From positions 62,001 to 126,000 of the forward strand of contig NIVC01000558.1 in NCBI GenBank assembly GCA_002269645.1: a stretch of 64,000 nucleotides of DNA, written 5' to 3'. Below, piece by piece: positions 46,936-59,871 of the stretch. A model generated the notes under the pieces. It searched no databases and had not been told where the DNA came from. It saw only the letters and a program-made list of their open reading frames with translations. This DNA is from Macrostomum lignano. Its lineage: Eukaryota. The position numbers and the translations under genes were made by a program. How positions within the stretch are numbered: position 1 is the stretch's first letter; each line of letters begins with the position of its first letter.

Positions 46936-47596
46936 AAACTTCTCAGTCCTTAATTCCCTAATTCTTTCTCTTCATTTACATTGTGAGCCACAACACCAAT
47001 ACTCAATTCTTGATTTGTCCCAAATCTTTACCTTATATCAAAGTGACTATTCAGTATTCAGATTGTCAACTTTCCAATTCCAATTCAAACCAAAAATTGG
47101 ATCAATTTGATTTGATTCCAAATATTTATCTTATTTCTATGCATGCATATGCTGGGACATGACTCCAAAACAAAAGTATCTTATATAGTTGTACAAATAT
47201 TCTATTTCTAGAAGCTGATTGTCTTGAAACCTGATAGGCCCTGTTAGATAGGATGCAAAGTGCATGCACAGGCAATAGGATATATAATAGCTTAGAAATC
47301 TATTATAGCCAAAATTCAAAATGCATGTTATGAAAAATTAAAAGCCATTTATAAAGCTGTATGATACATATACTTTTAATTGTCAATTGATATTTTCAAT
47401 TAGATGGATCTTTGCTTTATCCTACCTAGCTATAAAATAAGACTAGCCCATTTAGTGCTTTTATATGAAATATTATAAACATAATAATAAATGATAAAAG
47501 CTAATTAAAAAAGTCTTGTCTAGGCTAGCTAAATGAATTTTAGAGCCAAAGAAAAAATCTTTTTATAAACATTAATTAAGAGTACATAATACAATA

Positions 47597-47892
47597 TATA
47601 CATGCGCAACCTCCATAATTTGGTTGGCTATGCAACTTAGTTTTAACAAAAAATGGAACATAGTTTTTGGCCAAAAATGCAATTTACCTGTAAAAGAAAC
47701 TAAAGCCAAATTAGGGCAATTTTGAGTAAATGGCAGGAGTAACTATTACTTTCCTATTAAAGCTAAATGCCTCATCATCTAATTAGTACTATGTCTGTAT
47801 TCTTTCTAGTGGGCATTTTTGCAACTTACCTTGGTTGGCCACCAAATTGGTCAGCTGGATTGGCCAACTTGGCCGACTGTTGCGTGACTTGC
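47597..47892. mobile_element. Short degenerate member of the hAT family at 9777-11970
   Basis: Starts tatacatgcgcaac, shares ggcaggagtaactat and the gcaacttacc...gttgcg right-end sequence. Confidence 0.6.
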
Positions 47893-48099
47893 TAATAATT
47901 ATATAAAAGGCAACTTATATTTTAAGAATCAGCTATTTTGTCTTAGGAAAAAATGTTAATAAAATCATAAAATATGTCATCTTTTCCATAAAAATGGCTC
48001 TTAAAATATGATACCTACAAAAATAGGTGCTGTTATATTTTATTAATGGTAAGTTTTGGCAAAAATCATTGCAAGAATTCAAGGTCAATACAATAAACA

Positions 48100-48200
48100 T
48101 TTTACAATCTAAATCTAAATCTTATCTTCCAAATATACTAAATAATCTATCTTCTAAATATACTAAATCTCTAAGGTTTGTATGCTTGTCCATAGCACTT
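48100..48200 (+). mobile_element. Helitron 5'-end relics
   Basis: tctaaatatactaaatctctaaggtttgtatgcttgtcc resembles the TCTTATATACTAAATCTCTAATCTATGTC 5' terminus of the units at 61715 and 63843. Confidence 0.5.
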
Positions 48201-49653
48201 TAAAGCTTGCAATTCTTGACTGATTTTAATTACATTTTTGCCAAAAGATTTGCAATTATCTGGAAGGAAGACAGTTGAAATCTGTTTAATCTGTTTTAAT
48301 GCCAAGGGTATTAAATTAGAGAAAAACTTTATTTTCCCAATTTAAATAGGCCCTAGTGCATTTATTTGGGATTCAGAGTTGAAAATCTGACTGATCTATC
48401 TGGCTCTGCTCCAGGCAGCCTTTTTATATATCTTTATAAGCTAATTTGAGGGCTAGCTTCTGACATTGTCTTCTTACACTATTGATGCATCTGCATTTAG
48501 CCAAATAAGTGGTTGGCTAGTTGCCCTTTTAAATACTATTTTTAAGAACTTTGTCTCACTTAACTATAGACTATAGAAGTAATCCTATATATTGGTAAGA
48601 GAGAAAACTATGTTACTAAGCTTCCAGACTAGGCTGGGCTAGACTAGACATAAACTAGACTAGATTAGATTTTAAACCCAATTGGATTTGACTTGAAATT
48701 CTAACATGAAAAACCCTGCAGTAAAACCTGGCTATGGGAAAACCTCCTGTGGGAAAGCTTTTTATAGGAAATTCTAATAGACCATGTATGCATGTGTATA
48801 TGTAGGCCTATGTATGATTGATTTAAGGAAATTTAAAACTTATCTTATTTTAGAAACTTAAAAGTAGTATATTTTTACTTAGTAAGTAGGCAAATGAGAT
48901 TCATCAAATTTAATAGAAAAAAACTAAAAAACTAAAAAAGTTAACTTTTAGATCTAACTAGAGTTGATATGATAAAAACCATATTATAATTATTATAGTA
49001 TAAATTTTCTGATTCAATAGTGCAAGTTTGAAGAAAATATTTTATACCTACCAACAAACTATTTTTAGGGCCTAAGGCCTAGTATATATATGAAAAGTAA
49101 AGTTAGGCCTATAATAAACAAGATTTTGGACAGGCCTACTAGTCAGTAAAAAAATAATGATATAAATAGAAAATTTGGTACTAGAAAACATGGCTAGATA
49201 GGATAGTTTTGATCTATTAAAAGCCTACAAATAAATAATAAGCATTTTGGGTGTAAGACCAAGATGGCCACACACCAAGATGGCCACAGCTGGGGTGGGG
49301 GTCACGGAAAATGACGGCTGGTTTACTATTGGATAGCTTCGGGTGGGGAGATGTGGGGTTGCAATGGGGGGTTAGACAGGCAGTCAAAATTTTATTAGTA
49401 TATTGCAGGGCTAAAGACAAAAATGGTTACGAGTCTTAATTTCCTACTTATAGTAGGCCCCTAAGAGGTGTAAACATATTTTGCATTAAACAAATCTCTT
49501 CTTCATATAAAATCTGGTGTAGCTTTTTTCCATTTCTCTTATTGGTCGAGACTAATTTACTTGTTTAAAGGGATAAAAACTGGGTAAATTTCATGCCCTG
49601 TTCAAAATTATCTGTCTCATTCACTGACAGCAGTCTAAGCATTTAGATACAAA

Positions 49654-50400
49654 ATGGCAGGCGCATATCCATGTGTGGTCTGTCTGCAGCCAGTTTGCGA
49701 TGGACAAGAAGCAATTGAGTGTTCTCAATGCTTGAATTGGCAGCACTGTGCATGTGATAGTCGCGTCACAATCAATTAGTATTCTGCAATGAGAAATGTT
49801 GGTGAGTTTTTCTGGCTTTGCAATCAATGCAATAGACGGGCTCCTGCAGGCAACATAGCAGTGTCTCAAGCTGCAGATGCTGCAGTGGTACATTTACAAG
49901 CCCCCAATTCTGGACCAGTGGCTGTTCCTCTGCCTGCTGAAAATCCAGAACCAGTGCATTTGATTCTGGCACAAGCAGAAAATTTTTTTAACCAGTATCT
50001 AGATTTCAATGACCCTGATCCAGCTCTGGAAGAATCCATTCAAATTCCTCCAGCAGAGCTTGCACCGCCCTGCAGCCCACCTCCCCAGCCCTTTGACATT
50101 CTTACAGGTGCAGGATGCAGTCACAGAAAAGACCTTCCAGTGCAGTATGCCCAACGAGACCTTGGCCATCTGATGGATGAAAAAACGCAGCGAAATGGCA
50201 ACACGTACTATCGCTACACTAAGCGTTTATCACTGCACTGTCATGGCTCTGCAGTCCGCCATGCTGAAGGAACCATAGAAGCCCTTGCTTTGCACACGTG
50301 CAATCCAGTTGATTGGCCAGCTCAGAAGAGAAAGGCAGCAAAGGAGGTAAAGGAAGGAGCAAAGCGCATGTTGTTTCATGTCATCTATCCTTTGCTATAA
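49654..50400 (+). pseudogene. PHD finger + FLYWCH-like zinc finger N-terminus of a MULE transposase, truncated
   Basis: CVVC...CSQC..WQHCAC...WLCNQC with an in-frame TAG at 49777-49779. TYYRYTKR..LHC...LHTC follows. No DDE domain. Confidence 0.65.
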
Positions 50401-50555
50401 TTTGCTATTTGCTTGAACTTTGTCATCTATCCATGCCACCCGTACCTTATTGCCATTTCAGATCATAACGAGTTAAAAAAGCCAAAAAATCTGCACTTAC
50501 TTAGTTGCTGCACCCATTGCTATAATTTGCTTGAACTTTGTCATCAAGATAAAAG

Positions 50556-51470
50556 ATGAGAAAAGATGGGAGAGAGGAGATAGGAAAGAAGAGAAGAGAA
50601 GAGAGAGAGATAGAGAAGAGAGAAAGGGGAAACAAAATAGAAGATAGAAGTTTCAAAGGATCTGAGGGACATAGAGAAAGACAGGAGACCAGAGATTTTG
50701 CCGATACATGTTTTCGAAAGACAAGTTTTTATTTGAGTATGACTTCAGATTTTAGAACTAGATCTTCATGTTGTTCTCAATCCCATTCCACTATACATGT
50801 AGTTTTTATCTAATGTGACTAAGCCAGGTGCTTTTAGTGCAGGGGTTGGCAAACTTTTTACCTTGATTGAGAACCCAGCTCATGACTGCCCTTCTAGTCC
50901 ACTTTGTTGGCCCCCAAAGCGAAGCAAGGAGTCCTGATGATAGCGGGCCAGAGGTGAGGAGAGAGGGTAAGGAATAGAGAAGAGAAATACAAGCATAGGA
51001 TAAAGGAGAGGCAAAGGAATAAAGGAGAAGAGAGTTGATGAGAGGAGAAATTAAATACGAGCGGAGATAGAGGAGAAGGGAGATTAATGCAGAGGAGAAA
51101 GGAGGAAAGGGAGAAGAAAACGAAGGGGAAAAGGAAGATGAGAGCAAAGAGGTGAGGAGAAAGGAGAGGATAGAGATGGGGAGAGAGGAGAGGAGAGAGG
51201 TGAGGAGAGGAGAGAGCAGAGGGCAGAGATGAGAGAGAGAAAAAATGAGAGGAGAGGGCAGACATAAGAGAGAAAAGATGAGAGAAGAGGGCAGACATGA
51301 GAGAGAATAGATGAAAGAGAGAGGGCAAGAGATGAGAGGAGAGAGAAAAGAGAGAAAGGAGCAGACATAAGAGAGAATAGATGAGAGAGGAGAGGGCAAG
51401 GGATAAGAGAGAGAGAAAAGATTAGAGACGAGAGTGCAGAGATGAGAGAAAAGATAAGAGACAAAAGGGC
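50556..51470. repeat. GA-rich low-complexity segments with a hAT-like terminus
   Basis: Polypurine tracts, and CAGGGGTTGGCAAAC at 50840-50854 matching the terminus at 11094-11108. Confidence 0.65.
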
Positions 51471-54344
51471 ACTCTGGGTTATTCCATGATAGGGTCATCA
51501 AAGGTATAGAAATTTTTTTAAAAATTATTTGCAAATGTGAATATTTCATTTTGCATATAATTATGTATAGTTTCATTTTTATGTAGTTTCATACATATTT
51601 ATCTACCTCTAGAAATATATATTTTGTTTTGATCATGGTACCCTTGCAAGATTTTAAATGTCCCGCGGGACATTATAAAAAGTTTAATCTAGTTTTCAAT
51701 AAGAAAAACAGTTAATAAACATAATGCATCAAGTGCATAAATAATAAAAATCTTTCTTTCTTATATCTAAAGACTGAAATTATAAAATTTTATGATCTAA
51801 TATAGTTCTATCTATCATAATTTTTTATTTCAAAAAGTTTGACTTCCCTTTTTTAAGTGTTAAAAACGACCATCATTTTTTTTACAAAAAGTTGTTGTAC
51901 TAATTTTCAAGAGGTTTATAAGTTGATAATTTTTTGCTAAAATATTTTCTGAGCCTATATTTAAGTTTATAGTCATTTTTGTTAGTTTATGATAAGTGTA
52001 ACATGCTAAAAAAACCCTGCAAAGTTACCTAACGACCATCATTTTCTGGTATTCTGAAATTTGTTGATCTTCATAAAACCTGAATTACTATCATTTATTC
52101 CTAAATTTTATACAAAAAACTGAATTTACTGATATTCTAAAATCATTTATTTTTTTAATGTGAATTACTTATTCAATTTCTCTTTCAAAGTTTTTACAGT
52201 TTTGATTGTAAAGAAAAATATAGTGGAATTCAAGTCTTTTATTAAAAATGTATACTGTCAATTACTTGTTTGATACCTTAAAATCATTTTCAACCTGCAC
52301 TATTAAAAAGGTTGTTCCAATTACTAACCATGCACCTAGAACTCTCTACTTTAGTTTGCAATGCACCTTAACACATGCCCCAATCTTCAGCATAAGTAGT
52401 CTAACTAGACTCAAGTTTTTACTATCCATTGGTGCTACTGCTTATTGCCTAACAAATAATCTGTATTTGCCTTTGGTTTTATTAATTGTTATATTCTATT
52501 CTTTGAATTCTTGAATAGATTAGGACTGTCCATCTTTATGATCATATGTTGAGTTGTGCAATCATGAAGTGATGTTTTTGTTGAAGGTGCAAGCTAATTT
52601 TTGCTTACTTCTATCATAACTAATACCTTTACCATCTACCTCTAACTTTTAATATATACAAACTACAAACAACACGTCAGTTTTAGTATATTGAAATAGG
52701 TTTGAAACTATTATCCATGATACAAAAATCAAATGTCTTGTGCTAGTAGTGCTATTAGCTTTAGTTAGTAGGTAGTAATACCTGCTGTAAAGGGAATTGT
52801 TTTTTGTTTTACTTAGTCTAATTTCACTAACGAAATCTGTTTTCTCCGAGACTTGAAGCTAGGTCATACCCTACCCCAATCATAGCCAATAGGAAATGAG
52901 GAAATATATAGACCTATTCCTATCCAAGCAGCCATTCAGAGCTGTGGCCATCTTAGTGTGTGGCCATCTTGGTCATGCGCCACATTTTGCATAAGCCACT
53001 TAAAAAGTCATCGCATTAAGTCCTAGCAAATAATGCTTTCCTTTTATGGCTATGTAATTTTTAAGAATTTCTAAAAAGCTATAAGTATAACTCTGTAACA
53101 AATTAGCATTTTTATTTATAGCCAGCTAGGTAATTGTTAAATTACTAGACTTGGCATTTACCATGGCATAACTTAAAAAGCCAGGATCAATGCTATTATC
53201 TCTAGTACTATCTGTCCCAACAGCTAAAGTTTTAGTTGCTAATGTCTCCTGCACTTATATCCCAGGCACTGAGGCACTAATACTATAGTCACAAATGCTA
53301 ATGTCTCTACCAGACTAGGCCTACCAGTATCACTGCCACTTCTACCATTAGTCAGCAAAGCACCTTGTTGCCAGAGTGAACTGTCTCCGACTCTGCTATT
53401 AAAAATATTTGATATCAAACAGTGTCAAAAAAATTCAGGTAAAAAATTGAATGCATGCAAATTCGGCTACAAATAATTTTATTCAACAGACAAATTCGGC
53501 GAAAGCAAAATCGGCGACAATCTAGGCAATTGCATATATGAAATATTAGCTAAAGTCTCGTGAAATGAAGATTATTAAGCTTAAAGGGACCACTTTGTGC
53601 TGTTTTGTGCAGTTTAAAATTTTAAAATTTGTCCTCCGCTGCGAAGAAAGTGCACTGATTTCATACTAAAGCCAATAGTCCCATAGATAAAAAATGTGTT
53701 GGATTGTTCGAAATAAATTGCATGGAATTTCATGAACCGACATTTCTTGGAAACCATTTTTGAAAGGTGAAAAATGGATAAAACAAACTCATTAAAAAAA
53801 ACTTATATGCATTGACAAATACCATTGTACAAATGGAATTTCTAGCATTATAAACAATTTATTTTTGCTTTCTCCAAATTTGTCCATTTTAAATCTCCGT
53901 CGCCAAATTTGTTCGTCGCCAAATTGGTCAGCACCCAAAAAATCTGCGTAAAAATTCCTTTTGAATTATTGTGTTGATTTGTTAGCCTACAATCCTTTTA
54001 CTTGAACAATACCAACAAAAAATAAACTTTGTAAGTCAGCAATTCATCTGCAGGCAATGCATATATTCACTTATTAAAAGATCCCTTAAATGACAATGGC
54101 AATGAATTTCTGGCATTCTTTCGTTATGCGACCCCTCTGTTGCACTGTTTCGTTATTCGATCCCTTGCACTTGAGCTAAACTGTATTTATATTGCCGCGT
54201 TGATTCGTTTATGTGATCCCTTAGAAAAGTCAAGGCAAGGTCAGTTTTCGATTTATATCATACCGCTGTAAAAAAATGGATGTCGCAAAAGTGTATTCGT
54301 ACACTTTTTAAAGAGAAGCCGCACGCCCAAACTATATCTTCAAT

Positions 54345-54387
54345 TTCGTACGATCCGTACGTAATTCGTACGTACGGATCGTACGAA
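54345..54387. repeat. Perfect 19-bp inverted repeat with 5-nt loop
   Basis: ttcgtacgatccgtacgta-attcg-tacgtacggatcgtacgaa. Confidence 0.95.
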
Positions 54388-55572
54388 GAGTGAGTTCGCT
54401 TAAATTTTTATTTGGGGATCGCGGATATCGAATTTCGAAATTAAATGAGGGGGCCGTGCACGTGGTCCGATCCGCAGTCCACTCAAAAAACATTTAAAAA
54501 ATAAAATTGACAGTAAGCTTGTACTAGATTTTCTTATATATCTTTACAAACGTAGCCTGATTAATTCATCGTACGGTTCCCTCATTGGAAATTAAGTACA
54601 TTAAGTGAAATCCCCCATATGAGAGGAGATCTCGTAAGACGAAAGTGTGCGGGTTGTCCGCACAAAAGCATGCATAAAACCAAACTTGTTTTGGGCGGCA
54701 TAATACACGAGAGGGGCGCCATACTGAGCAAACTGAGGACGGTGAGCTGGACCTTTCTTTTATTAGGGCAAAGGAAAAGGGGGCGCCATCATCGTCTGCG
54801 TAAGACGATCGTCTGCGTGAAAATCCTCCCCTGCAACTGCTGCATTAGTCCCATATTGCGCTATGTACGCTTATTTTTCAACACTAATTCGAAATCATTG
54901 CTCAAGGCTTACTAGACTAATGAGACAATGTTTGTGTGACACAACTGAATTAAATTATTTGGATTCACAAGTAGCTACATACTAGCAATAGTTGACCCCC
55001 CTTCGGGGAGAGTATTTAGTACAGTTATTTATCGCAATTGATTAACTAATATTCATAATAATCTCTCTTATTCACCGTATCTATAATTCAATATCTCAAT
55101 AATTCAATATGAATATTCATAAATCAATTTTTATATTCATTCTTATTCATAGGTCTCATTCATTTAGTCATTAATATTTTATTACACTACAATACACCAC
55201 AGAAAGAAAGAACTCAAGCTATCTCCATTACAGAATAGAGGATCGAAAAGTAAGAAGGAGAATGTTGGCTATAGACAATTATGGCAATGCTCAGGTTCAG
55301 AGCAATGAATTGATTATATTATTTATTTGAAAACAATAGTTATTTTTTTGTATTATTCTCTTATTTTTTACTGAATCAGATGCATACAGCGTTTATTGTA
55401 TTATTTTTTTTAGTATCAACAATCAATCAGAATTATTATCAGAATAACATTGCTGCTTCTGCAACACCCAACCCCGGAGATTGACAGTGTGCACTTTATT
55501 GTTATTAAACTTAGCAGCTGCAACACCCAACACCAGAGATTGACTGTGTTGCTTTATCAATGACAATTCTTT

Positions 55573-56672
55573 TTAATCGTCCTCATTGATAGTAGAATGC
55601 GACGGTCCAGCGATTGGAGTAGACTCCATTTGGCCCAGTGACACGTCGCCTCCGCGTTTGTCTCGCGAAAAAATAATTTCGTCGTCTCCGCAGCGTACTT
55701 GCATTATTTGTACATTGCGGAATGATGCGAACATTTCAGGAGAGCACTGGAACACAAATGTGTCCCTCCGAACTTCCTGGTTATCAGGCGGTCTCGCAGT
55801 CGATTGGGTCTTTTGGACTGGCTCAAAGATTTGCTGACTCGACTGAGCCCTTTCAAACCACTCCGTCAAGTCAGAGTCATTGGCAGGATATTGGCGAACA
55901 TTGGCCCTGGTACAATTTAGCGAAATATCATTGCCATATTCTTGCACTTGGGCTCCTTGAACCTCTAGGGTGTCGCCCACAGTCCAGTGATTCACCAGAC
56001 TTGCACTGTCGGCCCAGAATGTGCAGGAGTCAGACGATGCCGAGTCATCGACTAGTGTCACCTTGGCCAAGTTAGTGGTAGTTCCTCGTTTTGTTTGGAT
56101 TTCCCTTTGCGCCATAGTACTGGAAATGACGCCTCGAATGTCAACCTTCCTACATGACCATTGAAGAATTTTGCCATTAATTGTTAATCACATCCAAAAC
56201 GAATGTTGCTTAGAATGAATGGTACGAGTACGACTTTAACTTACTTTCTCAGTGTAAAGGTTGAGAGAACGCCAATTTTTATGTACTGGGCTTTGCGCTG
56301 CTGGACAATTTCGTTGCTAGCAACAAGGACTCCATCTTTATCCACTGACAGAGTCATTTCGAGCTCGTTGTCGGTTGAGTTGTACATAGAATTTGAGGCT
56401 TTCAACCAACCACCAGATACGCGCACGGCCGTAGCGTTTTTGCACAAGTAATGGTGTGTTCTCAAATTTGTTCCGAACACGCTTACCCGAATCTCGCTGT
56501 CTTCGTCTGCAAGATTAAAAGAGAACACTTGGCCAGTTCCCTTTGCGTTTGAATAATTTCTGATGTCCGTTAGCATTGACACCAATCCGATTATTGCGCC
56601 CTTCATCATGCCGGACACCAGCGCAGCGATGTTCAGCCTCTGCTGATTGGGCACTGTGCAGGAACCTTCCAT
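55573..56672 (-). CDS. RPA70-like ssDNA-binding protein (two OB folds), Helitron-borne
   Basis: Exons 56672-56245 and 56149-55573 (about 334 aa, 95-nt GT-AG intron). IRNYSNAKGTGQVFSFNLADEDSEIRVSVF resembles RPA70 DBD-A. KVDIRGVI...AKVTLVDDS...CTFWAD resembles DBD-B. Confidence 0.82.
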
Positions 56673-57202
56673 TATAATTTGATTAGCACAGTTTATAATT
56701 GATTTAATTGACAAATAGTAATGCACTTATCTTTATTGTTGACACGCGGTGGCTGCTGTAGATGAAGAAAGATTATCTTTATTGTTGACACGCGGTGGCT
56801 GCTGTAGATGAAGAAAGATTTAGTTTTGACTTTGATTTGAAGCGTGAATTATTTTTCGGGCTTTAATCCCAACCGCTTAGGCTTACCTGTATGCGTCATA
56901 GACGCCTAAGTGGCACATGTACTTTTTTAACATAGACGTACAAGCTGCGATGTTCTGCTCGAGATCACGCACAAACGCACACACACACACACACTTGTGC
57001 TTTTCCATCGATAACTTGTTATTCAATGACAATCCGATAGAAAGGATATATTTTTCTGTATTTACACATGCGTGTAAGTTGACAGTGTGCATTTTATTTA
57101 TTTATCACGATTGAGCAGCTGCAACACCCAACCCCAGAGATTGACAGTGTGCATACTATTTCGTCTTAATAGTAATTGTGAGCAATCCTTTTAGATGGCC
57201 AT

Positions 57203-59506
57203 TCAAACAGTCAGCACTTCAGGGTACACGACATTTCTCGTCTTATCTCCAGAGATTCGGACCCGTACATTGGCCGCATTCTTTGCTCGCGACAGCGCAG
57301 TGTACAGCTGGCCGTGCGCAAAACAGCCGACAGCCAGGTCGATGCCCACGGTGTCGAGCGACTGGCCCTGTGACTTGTGGATCGTCAGGCAAAAGCTCGG
57401 CTTAACTGGGAACTGCAGCCGCTTGAAGCAGACTGGCAGGTCAGCATTGTTGGGCTGCAGCGGAATCCTCGGCAGTAAGATTTCATCACCAGAGAACTGG
57501 CCGGCAGCGACCTTGCAGCGCAGCACGTTCTCGCCCAGCTCCAGGATGATCAGCCGGGTGCCGTTGCACAGCCTTGGCGGATTCAGATTCCGCAGCAGAA
57601 CCAGCGGCATGCCCACCTTGAGCTTAAGCAGGTGAGTAGGAAAGTTCGGAGCATCCAGCTGGTTCAGCAGCTCCGGAGGAAAGTGCGTGGCCGCTTCCTC
57701 GTCAGCCACGCTGTCCACTGAGCGATACTCTCGCAGTTGGCCTGGGAACATTGCCAGGCACTCGCTGTTGATCGCGTCAACCGCATCGTTGTAGGGCGCC
57801 AGGATTGCCCGGCTTGAAAAGTAGCCGTCACGCTCCGCTGACGCCTCGAACGAAGGGTACACGAACTGGATCAGCGCGGAGAGCGGCGCCTCTGCCGGAA
57901 TGACGATCTCGGCAGGAAGGCGGACTGTGTCATCCGACTGATCAGCCGGCCCTGAGCCGATCTGTGCGGGATGTGCAGAAAATGCATGAGAATCTCATGT
58001 TGCCACGCTCATATAAGCAGCAAGAGAAATATTCACCTGCATGAGCAGTTGCATATAGCGATTGTACAGCTCAGCATCAGCACAGCGTTGGAGCCGGATG
58101 TTCTTAGAAAGTCTGTGCCTGTGGAATAAAGGCCACAGATTAGATTTGCTCACACAAGCTAAAATGTTGTTTGCCCTGGTGCCATTCTGCACCACCGGCA
58201 GCAACTGGCGAAAGTCTCCAGCGCAGACCAAAACGATGCCGCCGAATGGACGGTCTTGCTTCCGTAGGTCTCGGAGACTGCGGTCGACAGCCTCCAGATC
58301 CTTCCGATTCGTCATGGAGATTTCATCCCAGACTATAAGCCGCACGGTGCGAAACACTACGGCCTGTCTTGATTGGGCTCGGACAGAACACACGTCCTTG
58401 TCGGTGCGAACCAGCCGCACTGGGATCTTGAATGTCGAATGCGCCGTCTGTCCACCCGGCAGCAGGGTGGCTGCGATGCCAGACGACGCAACGGCGAGTG
58501 CGACTTCCTCTCGACTACGCACAAACGCCAGCAGAACCTCAAGCAAGAAGGTCTTGCCGGTGCCTGCGGGAGCGTCAAGGAAATGCAGCCCACCTGAGCC
58601 ATTGTAAATATCCTCAGTCACGGCCTCATAGATGACCCGCTGCTCAGCCGTCAGCATTGGCAGCCGCGTCTCTGTGATCTCCGCCTGCTCGACCGTGTCG
58701 AACTGCTGCGGCCCGACTTGCGGCATAGCGGAGGCAGCAGGAAGTCCGTATTCTGGCAGACTGCTGCCGCCCATTGACGTCAGCATGCTCTGCAGCTCTC
58801 GCAGAGCCAAGTCGCTGACTTCCTCGGCGCTCAGGTCCGGGTTGTGGAATCGCAGGTCTTCGCAGAGATCCTCTGCAAAGCTGCTCCACAGGTTGGCGCC
58901 ATCGTCTGGCTCTCCCCAGATGAGGACGACAGCCAGCAGGTGCCTCAGAGCTCGCGGCATTCGGCTCTGGACAGCCTCAGTCAGGCAGTGGTGCCAGTGG
59001 TCATCGCGTTGCAGCAGGCCGAGAGCCATGCAGGCAGCCTTGGCGCTGACGAAATGAACACCGGCCACGGTCTGCAACGACTCGAAGCTGGTCGGTCCTC
59101 GCACGTGCAGCAGCAGCAGTCGCAGGTAGAACAGGTCACCTGCTCTAGGACTAACTGTGTACATGCGAGATATGTTTGAATTGCGCTTTACGCCAGGATG
59201 CCCTTCGACATCGGCGCCCTGCTTTGCCCGACGCCACTCTCTTGCACTCGGATGGCACACAAAGTAGGAGGCCACCTCGTTGTAGAGTAGACGCCGAGCA
59301 AACTCGTCAGTGCGGCACAGCTTGAAGAAGGCCGTCAGTGTCGAATCTCTGGGCGCCTTGGCTTTGGCGCTGGCGGTCCGCTCGTTGAAATACACAAGCT
59401 GCTGCTCTTCCAGACGGGCATCGCGCTCTCCAGCAGACTCGGCCAGTCGTCTTTTCTTTGCGTCACGGCTTCTCTTCAAATGGCTTGCGCCACGGCGCAC
59501 CATCAT
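57203..59506 (-). CDS. Helitron PIF1-family SF1B helicase (RepHel C-terminal part only)
   Basis: Exons 59506-58037 and 57961-57203 (about 742 aa, 75-nt intron). DAPAGTGKT, ASSGIAATLLPGGQTAHSTF, IVWDEISM, GDFRQLLPV, LLRNLNPPRLCNGTRL and TIHKSQGQSL, plus the Helitron linker motifs TLTAFF.LC and FYLRLLLLHVRGPTSF. Confidence 0.92.
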
Positions 59507-59871
59507 ACAGTGGGGCTAAATAGATAAAGCACTATTAGAGGGTTCAAAAACCAAAGAAAAGAAAGAAGGAAAGGAAGCAGTGGGCTACATAAAAACCAAG
59601 CAGCCTACAGCTATTAGCATTATAATCTATGGCCAAAACCGTTTGCAAGCTCTCACTGCCGATAAAATACATTAGCGAGATGGGCAAAAACCTGTTTTCT
59701 GACAATTGAGAGGCCTCTTTAATTTGGATAGCTTATTAAAAATACGTGTACCGATTCCGGACAATTTGCCATCTAATGGTGCAAAAACGGAGAAAATCGG
59801 TCATTCCGTTCGCAAGATTTTCTGTTACAAGCAAACAAACAAACAAACAAACTCAACTTTAGTATATTAGA

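Larger units (their letters stand above)
49250..52981 (+). mobile_element. Mutator-like (MULE) DNA transposon, internally deleted
   Basis: 42-bp TIRs (49250-49291 and 52940-52981), each with two accaagatggccaca-type repeats. 8-bp TSD gcattttg/acattttg (7/8 match). Internal PHD + FLYWCH-like ORF remnant. Confidence 0.8.
54982..59871 (-). mobile_element. Helitron carrying RPA70-like and PIF1 helicase genes (Rep nuclease absent)
   Basis: Minus-strand 5' terminus TCTAATATACTAAAG at 59871. The 3' terminus is hairpin ctccccgaagggg, about 10 nt, then CTAG (54985-54982) followed by T. Confidence 0.88.

Noticed and set aside
57203-59506. Host PIF1 / host RPA1 genes
   Set aside because: Both lie between Helitron termini. 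The helicase has Helitron-specific linker motifs, and the RPA-like protein lacks the N- and C-terminal domains of RPA1.
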